Translations under genes and position numbers: made by a program
Source of the DNA: Eledone cirrhosa
Taxonomy: Eukaryota
Reading direction: 5' to 3'
DNA length: 64,000 nt
NCBI GenBank assembly: GCA_964016885.1
Contig: OZ024746.1
Coordinates: 30,132,001-30,196,000, forward strand
Shown here: positions 55,339 through 64,000 of the stretch, one piece after another
Layout: every line of letters begins with the position of its first letter
How positions within the stretch are numbered: position 1 is the first letter of the stretch
Notes under the pieces: model-generated
The model's input: only the letters and a program-made list of their open reading frames with translations
Told to the model about the DNA's origin: nothing
Database searches by the model: none

Positions 55339-55995
55339 TATGAAAATATGGCTGAGAAGAATACTGCTGGTTGCACATGGATAACATGTTATAAAATGAG
55401 TCCCTCATCAGTGATTTACCAAACGATCATGGGTATTTCATCGCATTAAAAATCATATACCTCACGTTGGAGCGATAATAACTAAAATAAGTTATTAGGA
55501 CAATAGAAACGCGTAAAGCGAGTGAGACAAGTAAACAACACAGGGGGAAGCTAACCGAAGATGGAAATAAACACAAGCAACATAGTTATTCTTTCAGCAT
55601 AAGCTGTGTGAATATATGAGCGAGTCAGAAAATAGACCTTTCGCTAGTGAATCCGGTGTTAGAAAGAAAGAAAACCGTTTTCTCAGCGAACGGGAGGAAG
55701 AAAGAAGGGGAGAAACAGGGACTGAGTGAGTGGGAGTGCGAGGAAGAGGTCAGTAGAGAGAAAGAGTTAACTGACATGGCAGAGGGGACGAAAGAAAGTA
55801 AGAGAAACAGAGAGAACGAGGGAGCAGTAAGAGAGAAAGAGAGAAACACAGAATTGAAGTTTGGGTAAATATATGAAAATATGGGTGAGAAGAATACTGC
55901 TGGTTGCACATGGATAACATGTTATAAAATGAGTCCCTCATCAGTGATTTACCAAACGATCATGGGTATTTCATCGCATTAAAAATCATATACCT
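55339..55995 (-). mobile_element. 533-bp monomer plus ~125-bp terminal redundancy, permuted-HHR element (version 2)
   Basis: 55341-55462 is repeated at 55874-55995. Non-coding, with (TA)n on both sides. Confidence 0.82.
55399..55502 (-). ncRNA. Permuted K-turn hammerhead-like motif (version 2), partial second copy at 55932-55995
   Basis: gtcc..atcgc t ccaacg tGA ggtaT A tgattt ttaat gcga T GAAA tacc catGAt cgtttgg t aaatca CTGATGA G ggac. Confidence 0.7.
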
Positions 55996-56107
55996 ATATA
56001 TATACATATATATATATATATTTAACGAAGGAAGTGTGGTAAGGTACCAGGTGGACCATAACGCACCAGAGTACTCGATACTTTGGGTAGTAGAGTGGGT
56101 AATAGGA

Positions 56108-56190
56108 AAAATGTTCAGGACCCCGACGGTAGAACTGTCCAGAAATAGCCGTCGAAACGGCTTGAGCTCTACCATCGGGGTCCTGAACAT

Positions 56191-56193
<3 letters not shown>
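56108..56193. repeat. Hairpin cassette derived from the GAAA/GUC half of the 19219-19314 HHR family (related diverged pair at 44807-45192)
   Basis: aaaatgttcaggaccccga.ggtaga / tctacc.tcggggtcctgaacatttt enclosing agccgtcgaaacggct. Confidence 0.7.
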
Positions 56194-56231
<38 letters not shown>

Positions 56232-56363
56232 GAGGTTATATTTAATTTGTTTGGATACCACAAGCAAAATATTTTTATAACTGATATAAAGCACTCAACA
56301 AATTATTGGAGTAAATATACAATATATTAACAAATGGAAACTATATTTATAAAACCATATTTA

Positions 56364-56425
56364 TTTCATAATACATATTTGAAGGGCCACCAAAGTAAAC
56401 TATGGTGCGCTTTCATCAGATAAAA
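56364..56425 (-). ncRNA. Hammerhead-like motif of the PLE 3' repeat family (GAAA changed to CAAA), with an inverted partial copy at ~56465-56537
   Basis: ttttat CTGATGA aagcgcacc..ggtggccctt CAAA tatgta TT atgaaa. Confidence 0.5.
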
Positions 56426-56530
56426 TATAATATAGGTTAGTTTTATAAATAAATATTGACATACCCTTAAAAAGTGCATGTATAATGAAATAAATATGGT
56501 TTTATAAATATACTTTCAATTTGTTAATAT

Positions 56531-56639
<109 letters not shown>

Positions 56640-56979
56640 GTATGTGTGTGTGTGTGGTCGCCTGTCCATATATATATAGGTGATATAGGTGATTCAGTGA
56701 TTTACTGCCAGTGGTACCAATATGAAAACTCTGTGCACAAGGAGAGTATATATATTAAGAAAGACGTTAAAGTTTCGTTTACATGTTTTTATCGATTATC
56801 AACCTGTTACGTACGTTTCACAGATGGTTGACTCAAGGTCTCTTATGGAAGCTCCTGATTTCAGCATCGATATACTCGAGAGACATGATGATTCAACTCT
56901 GTTTTTTGATGAAACACTAAGTCTGTCTACACCTTGGATCGATTCTTCTTTCCCTCTCTTCCTCTCCCTCCTTCTCAGC

Positions 56980-57065
56980 AGAAGAAGAAGAAGAAGAAGA
57001 AGAAGAAGAAGAAGAAGAAGAAGAAGAAGAAGAAGAAGAAGAAGAAGAAGAAGAAGAAGAAGAAG
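56980..57065. repeat. (AGA)n microsatellite
   Basis: Direct inspection. Confidence 0.95.
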
Positions 57066-58453
57066 CAATCGGCTGTGTTTAGAGATGGAGATATAAGATG
57101 TTTCTTCATGTATAAAAGTGAACATAGCACGTTGTATATAACGAACTCACACCGACGAACCCATCATGAAACAAAGGGCCATAAATGGACAAGAAATCCT
57201 TTCATTAAAGTTTCGTTATTCGTTAATGTTCTCATATTGCCTTTTATTTTATTGGTTCAATATTGTAGCATCAATCATATGTGAGGATTTGTGGTAGTCA
57301 CAGCTGGCTGTGGTAATAACGATGTCAAACATCATGCTGGGATTATATTCACTGTTCCTGTATTCTCATTAATACTGCTTCTTTGGAATATATATTATAT
57401 ATTATCAATAGTTAGCTCCACCTTGTTCTCAGTTGTTAGCATGCTTCATTGCAGTTCACAGATGGATGTTGATATAGTTCCATTGGTTGGAAATACAACA
57501 GGCAATGGATGTTTATTAAATAGTTTTACAGGATTTGTTAAAAGAATGTACGAGTGGCAGATGGCAAAACCTACACGATTTCCATAAAAGCAACAAAGTC
57601 TTTACTTGTAGATATAATCCTTCAGTAAATATTTCCATAAATCTGTTTTGATTTCAGCTGATTTGTTGTTGTATCTGAGTAAGTAAACACTCAAGCACAT
57701 GAGCATAGGCTGCTGAACTCAAGTGTTTTTAATATGGAAAGTCGAAGTCCTGGTTTCAATCCATCGATACGATATCTTATTGAGAGTATCTATTACTTTA
57801 GTCTCAAATCGATCCAAGCCTTGTGAGTAATATTGGGCAAAGTTTCTGTCTACCAAATTTCACTCACAAGGCATTGATAAAACTGTGGCTATAATATAAG
57901 GCTCAGGGTGTCATGCAATGAGATGGTTGTGAACCCGAAACAACATGGTTGCGGAGCAAACTACTTACTTACACCATAACTACATCTATATCTAAACACA
58001 TACCTTCGTGTAGTTGTTGTTGATGCCGAGTATACAAAACAATATCCCTTACAGGGTTTATCTTACAAGCATTCACAGACAATGTATCAATCAAAGTAAA
58101 TAGCTTCCTTTCAGCAACAGCAAAGATATATCATTATGATACAAAAACCACAAAAATTTTCTAGATGGGGAATATGTTACGAAATGTGGAGATAAAAGAA
58201 TATTCGAGAATTTAGCCTACAGCAAGTAAATGTATCGAATGTTAAGATATCATCTCCCCTTGTTTATTTGATTTTAATATTGGATATATGGATATATTTT
58301 AAGATCTTCTTTATTGTGTTGATATAATAACGCAAACATATATATGTTATAAATATATTTCCAAACACACATACAAATATATATATATACAAATACACCC
58401 ACATAATATATATACATCCATATATATTTGTGTATATATGTATATATAGAGAT

Positions 58454-58515
<62 letters not shown>

Positions 58516-58669
58516 TTGTATTTAATTGGGCACGGAGGTATATTGCATAATGAATATATACACATACACTTGTACACACACACATGAATACACACATGTA
58601 TACACACATATATATGCATGCATATATTATGCTCACACACATACATGTATACATACATACATACATACA

Positions 58670-59490
58670 TACATGATGGGTGCCCCCTCGTTATCGAGTA
58701 TGGCCATTGCATGATATACAATTATTAATAATTATTAATTAATTCTATCGTGCAATTCCTGTGCATGAGGATTTTTTTAAAATGAGGAAAGACTGTGCAC
58801 TGAGCCAATCCTAGTCTCTGAGCGACAGTAGCTATAACCCGAAAAGAAGAAAAGATCAACAACATCGGTAACTACTGAGCCGCAGGTTTTATATGGGAGG
58901 AATCCCAGTTTCATCCCATACATACATACATGATGGCTGCCAACTCGTTTTCGAGTACGGCCACTACTTTATATCCATGTAGGAGAACCCCTACCAATGC
59001 GCTGAACGAGTGTGACTTTTTAGTCCAGCCAGCGACTTGAAAACTCTGGTACAAACACTACACTTGTGACAATTATTGACACATAGTGCTGGGCCCATTG
59101 TACCATGTGACGACAAGTGCAGAGAGATCGCCAGATATAAAGCAATGTCTGTGCCGTGAAGCTTTTATAGTGAGCAAAGGCACTGCACAAAGCCAGTCCC
59201 ACTCTCTTAACCAAGATGATATTTACCAAAAAGAAGAACAAGTCAACATCATTGGATACCATCAGGGTTGCAGGTGTTATATCAGAGTTATCCTTCTCCT
59301 ATAATTCTGCCTTGACAAAGGCTAAGGGGTCACCTCTCCCGGTGATTTTGGATGGCCATTGATTCTTAAGTGCCCCTTTTCCCTTTGACAGGTTTTGTTT
59401 TTAGTCCTGCAGGATGTCCAAAGTCACCCTCCTCACCAAGAAACCTTGGCGGGGTTGCCAGTTTAGTCGCCAACGACCCGACAATGAGAC
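58670..59490. mobile_element. Unclassified interspersed repeat(s) bounded by (CATA)n
   Basis: catacatgatgg.tgcc..ctcgtt.tcgagta.ggcca occurs twice (about 58670 and 58925). More GC-rich body. (CATA)n at both ends. Confidence 0.45.
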
Positions 59491-59527
59491 ATACATACAT
59501 ACATACATACATACATACATACATACA

Positions 59528-59558
<31 letters not shown>

Positions 59559-59855
59559 CACACATAGATATGCATAGGAACATGCAAACATGTGTAGGTA
59601 ATTGCTTCCTATGTAGTTTACTATTTAGCATAAATGGTCTTACAACGGCGCCCCAGTTTCAATTCCCCACGTTGTAGATGGCCAATGGCCAGGGCCATTA
59701 AGGTATATGAGAATATACACTGCAATAATCCTTCCGACTCTCTACTCGTTGAGTTCACATCCTACTCTAGCTTATTTAGGTAAGAGACTTAATCCTGCAA
59801 TAGCGCAGACACTAGTCAAATTATTTGAGGCAGTCCTAAAGCACTCAATAATACA

Positions 59856-59901
<46 letters not shown>

Positions 59902-59945
59902 GTATATATATGTATATACATATATATATATATACATATATATAC

Positions 59946-60030
<85 letters not shown>

Positions 60031-60136
60031 TAACAGATTAAAGTTTAAGCAAAGAATCGCTGCTTTCACCCTTAACTGATATATATTTATCCTTCTCGAG
60101 CCCTCTTTGGATTTTAGTCTTCAAATTTATTATTAT

Positions 60137-60217
<81 letters not shown>

Positions 60218-60232
60218 TACATATACATATAC

Positions 60233-60275
<43 letters not shown>

Positions 60276-60467
60276 TATATGTATGTGTGTGTGGGGGGGG
60301 TGTATATATATATATAAAGCAGCCTAAACTATGATGATCCCCTGAAAGACAGCCAATGAGCGAGAAGTATCCCTGCGAGTTCTCTGTTTCCTATATTTTT
60401 CAGACGTGTTTTTTAATGACATTATCATTGTAACCACAACTTATATATATATATAATATATATATAT

Positions 60468-60529
<62 letters not shown>

Positions 60530-60634
60530 GTATATAAACCGATTTATATATATATATATATATATGAATGAAGAATGGTGGGCTGCGTTGTTGCGAACAT
60601 GAACATATGAATAAAAATAGACCAAGAGATAAAA

Positions 60635-60738
60635 TGTCCTCATCAGTAGTCTGCTGATTATCGTTGGTATTTCGACGCATTAAAGACTAGATACCTAAAA
60701 TCAGTGCGAGCGAATAACTCAATTAAGTTATTGGGACA
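60635..60738 (-). ncRNA. Permuted hammerhead-like motif (version 3, AUC site, G-C at 10.1-11.1)
   Basis: tgtc..tcgc a ctgatt tTA ggtaT C tagtct ttaat gcgt C GAAA tacc aacGAt aatcag c agacta CTGATGA G gaca. Confidence 0.72.
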
Positions 60739-60869
60739 GTGGGAAAACAGAGGGAAGGAAACAAACACATGGTAGTATGCAACGTAAAGAGAGGAAAATA
60801 GAGACAAGTCAATGAATCCTCGTGGCTTAAGTCCGACAAATCAAATTGACGAGTAAATTATAGACACGA

Positions 60870-60953
60870 AGGAAATTATAGACTTCGGCGAGAGAGGATA
60901 TTAGGGATAATAGAATTTATTGGCTTTAACATGTTTCTTGTGCTTGTATATAA

Positions 60954-60987
<34 letters not shown>

Positions 60988-60992
60988 TATAT

Positions 60993-61070
<78 letters not shown>

Positions 61071-61150
61071 CAAGCACAGAAACATATGTTAAGGCCAATA
61101 AATTCTACTATCCCTACTATCCTCTTTCGCCGAAGTCTATATATTTCCTT
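60870..61150. repeat. Fold-back with ~80-bp arms around (CA)n/(TA)n/(TG)n
   Basis: tagacttcggcgagagaggata.. vs ..tatcctctttcgccgaagtcta. Confidence 0.85.
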
Positions 61151-61189
61151 GGTGCTATACTTACTTATACTATATATATTATATATATA

Positions 61190-61224
<35 letters not shown>

Positions 61225-61232
<8 letters not shown>

Positions 61233-61627
61233 ATACTTTGGGAGGGTCATGTTGCCAATAAGAAACACACGCACCAGTTGCTTTCACTTCAATTTAATTT
61301 ATTATATATTTATAAATTTACAAATTTATAAATTTCTGGTTGGTTGGTTGGTTGGTTGGTTGAAAAATGGCTAGGTAGGATAGAAGAAAGGAAAGGCACA
61401 GAAACGAAGAAAGAAATCCCCAGTCACTGAAGAGGTCACAGAGTGTGTGACGAAAGAACTATGACTATATATATATAAACAAACTATCTGGTTGTGGAAC
61501 CAACCAACCAACCAGAAATTTATAAATTTGTAAATTTATAAATATATAATAAATTAAATTGAAGTGAAAAGCAACTGGTGCGTGTGTTTCTTATTGGCAA
61601 CATGACCCTCCCAAAGTATAACAATAT
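61225..61627. repeat. Inverted repeat (~128-bp arms) enclosing an HHR
   Basis: 61225-61353 vs 61498-61627. Confidence 0.9.
61422..61466 (+). ncRNA. Type I hammerhead with minimal stem III
   Basis: agtca CTGAAGA g gtcac agagtgt gtgac GAAA gaac TA tgact. Confidence 0.85.
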
Positions 61628-61683
61628 CGGTTTCAACACACGATTTCAGATAAAGAATCTTGCTAAACAAATTCAGAAACGAA

Positions 61684-61714
<31 letters not shown>

Positions 61715-61766
61715 TATATATATATATAATATATATACTATATATATATATATAAAATATAAAAAT

Positions 61767-61937
<171 letters not shown>

Positions 61938-62540
61938 AAATGTTAGACGATGCAGACAGAACAAATGTGTCCAATATTCAGCGATCTGTTACCTCTATAT
62001 TCTTATCTCTCTCCTGCTAATTGTCTCGTATAATTTGACGATTACGCTCCGTTCTGTCATTCTTCCCTGGGCAATCTATAATCTATTTAGCGTCGTTACT
62101 AGCTCTTTGTTCGATCATTCGCAGTTAATATTCTTGAAATACCGAAACCTCGAATTTCATTTGATATCTGTGATATCCTTGGATATCCATATTTACCACG
62201 GCTAGCTGAAGATCGGAAATTCTTTGTTCCGTCTGTATCATCCAATATCTGATTTACAGAATCTTTCGACTCTGCTCAGTATTTCCTCTTAACTAACTTT
62301 CATATGAATTTACATATAAATGTAATAAAAACAGATTTTCGCTCTACATGGCTGAATACAATAAATGTAATCTGAGTTTTTCAATATTAAAAATAGTATT
62401 CGATTCATTTGCAATTATGCAAACAGCCTCTTTTTTAAAGCCATGTCAGTAGAATGAGCCCCTCATTCTTGCTCTTACTCTTGTGTCATTCTAGTGACAT
62501 GGCTTGGCCGTTTGCATAATTGCAAACGAATCGAATATTA

Positions 62541-62563
62541 TTTTTAATATTTGAAAAACTAAG

Positions 62564-62649
<86 letters not shown>

Positions 62650-62691
62650 TATGTATACGTACATACATATATGTATACAGACGTACAGTAG

Positions 62692-62771
<80 letters not shown>

Positions 62772-62813
62772 CTACTGTACGTCTGTATACATATATGTAT
62801 GTACGTATACATA

Positions 62814-62907
<94 letters not shown>

Positions 62908-62930
62908 CTTAGTTTTTCAAATATTAAAAA
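62541..62930. repeat. Palindrome centred on (TA)n with internal (TA)n in both arms
   Basis: ttttaatatttgaaaaactaagatta and gtatacagacgtacagtagtatg are mirrored exactly. Confidence 0.9.
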
Positions 62931-62984
62931 TCCATACGCACACATATATATGTACGTATGGATTCACCGAACATTTATTATAAT

Positions 62985-63170
62985 TGTTTCTACTTTTGGC
63001 ACAAGGCCAGCAATTACCCAGTACATTACTGGTACTTTATTTTATCGACCCTCTAAGGATGAAAGGCAAAGTTAACCTCGGCGGGATTTGAACTCAGATC
63101 GTAAAGTGACGTAACTCTTTGCGTCAAAGCATGGCGTCCGACCCTCTACCGATACTGCCAATCCACCGCC
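62985..63170 (-). mobile_element. Full-length SINE A with 13-bp TSD, inserted in an HHR cassette
   Basis: catttattataat at 62972 and 63171. The empty site is present in the tandem copy at 63609. Confidence 0.93.
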
Positions 63171-63711
63171 CATTTATTATAATGCTCGGTGTGTTGTAAA
63201 CAAACATCCCGAATTAAGCCGTACAGTGTCTAGCAACCATCGTTGCTCATTTGTTCAACACTGACAAAGGAATGCTGTACTAGTTTCAATCTTATTAGCT
63301 ATCGTCAGCAACGTATACCATCCTGCCAGATGGTTGAACGTCTGAAAGTATATACTTTCCTTATGCATATTAACGGCTAAGCAGCCTAATTTGCATATCG
63401 AGTGAGTTAATCGGCCGGGGTACTGACAACGATAAACGGAAAAAATGAAACGAAATTTCATTTCTCACTCTTAGTACGGCTGTTACTTAAATATAAGTAA
63501 GTATACATACATATATGTATACAGACGTACAGTAGTATGTATATATATATATATATATATATATACATACATGCACACATATATATATGTACGTATGGAT
63601 TCACCGAACATTTATTATAATGCTCGGTGTGTTTGTAAACAAACATCCCGTATTAAGCCGTACAGTGTCTAGTAACCATCGTTGCTCATTTGTTCAACAC
63701 TGACAAAGGAA

Positions 63712-63752
63712 CGCTGTACTAGTTTCAAGCTTATTAGCTATCGTCAGCAACG
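63712..63752 (-). ncRNA. Minimal type I hammerhead (tandem copy 63273-63313, period 439)
   Basis: cgttg CTGACGA t agct aata agct t GAAA ctag TA cagcg. Stem III actagt is palindromic. Confidence 0.82.
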
Positions 63753-64000
63753 TATACCTTCCTGCCAAATGGTTGAACGTCGATGGTTGAGGTGTTTGCT
63801 TGGGTGGTCTATAGTAACTCTAATACTGTGGTGGATGGAGAAATGCGTAGAAATGATCAGTGACAGCAATGTTGAATTCCGTGGGATTGATACCAGTGAG
63901 CTGGGACTCCTACTTAAACTTACCTATAGTAATAATTATCTAGACACATATGACCTTAGCAACCTGTGCCCTACAAGACCAGCAAGTGGCAGACCACCTA

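Noticed and set aside
56824-56950. Possible exon after tttcacag ([16 protein letters not shown]...)
   Set aside because: No recognisable homology, and it runs into (AGA)n. Unsupported without RNA data.

Overview
AT-rich eukaryotic DNA saturated with microsatellites. The SINE types and repeat density suggest a cephalopod, probably Octopus (inference). I see no credible host protein-coding exon: almost every ORF in the track is a translated simple repeat. Real coding remnants are a 5'-truncated Penelope-like element (PLE) with a GIY-YIG endonuclease (13.8-16.2 kb), the C-terminus of a CR1/L2-type LINE (38.7 kb) and a 190-bp mariner deletion derivative (13.6 kb). Many tRNA-derived SINEs and several minisatellites are also present. 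The hidden signal is RNA structure. By eye I found about two dozen hammerhead-ribozyme (HHR)-like motifs from roughly nine sequence families. They sit in short non-coding cassettes inserted in (TA)n tracts, usually as tandem or fold-back copies, which is PLE/retrozyme-like. Most are type I HHRs, several with core variants (U3-A8, U4A, U.U at 10.1-11.1). The standout family (copies at 45.4, 46.3, 52.5, 55.4, 55.9 and 60.6 kb) has all three hammerhead strands in the order UH-strand, GAAA-strand, CUGAUGA-strand, which is not a circular permutation of types I/II/III. Covariation across four divergent versions supports stem I, the single stem II pair and the outer helix, and a consensus kink-turn lies in stem III. 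This suggests a pseudoknotted, K-turn-containing hammerhead topology carried by 430-530-nt circularly permuted non-autonomous retroelements. All structures were derived manually and none is tested.
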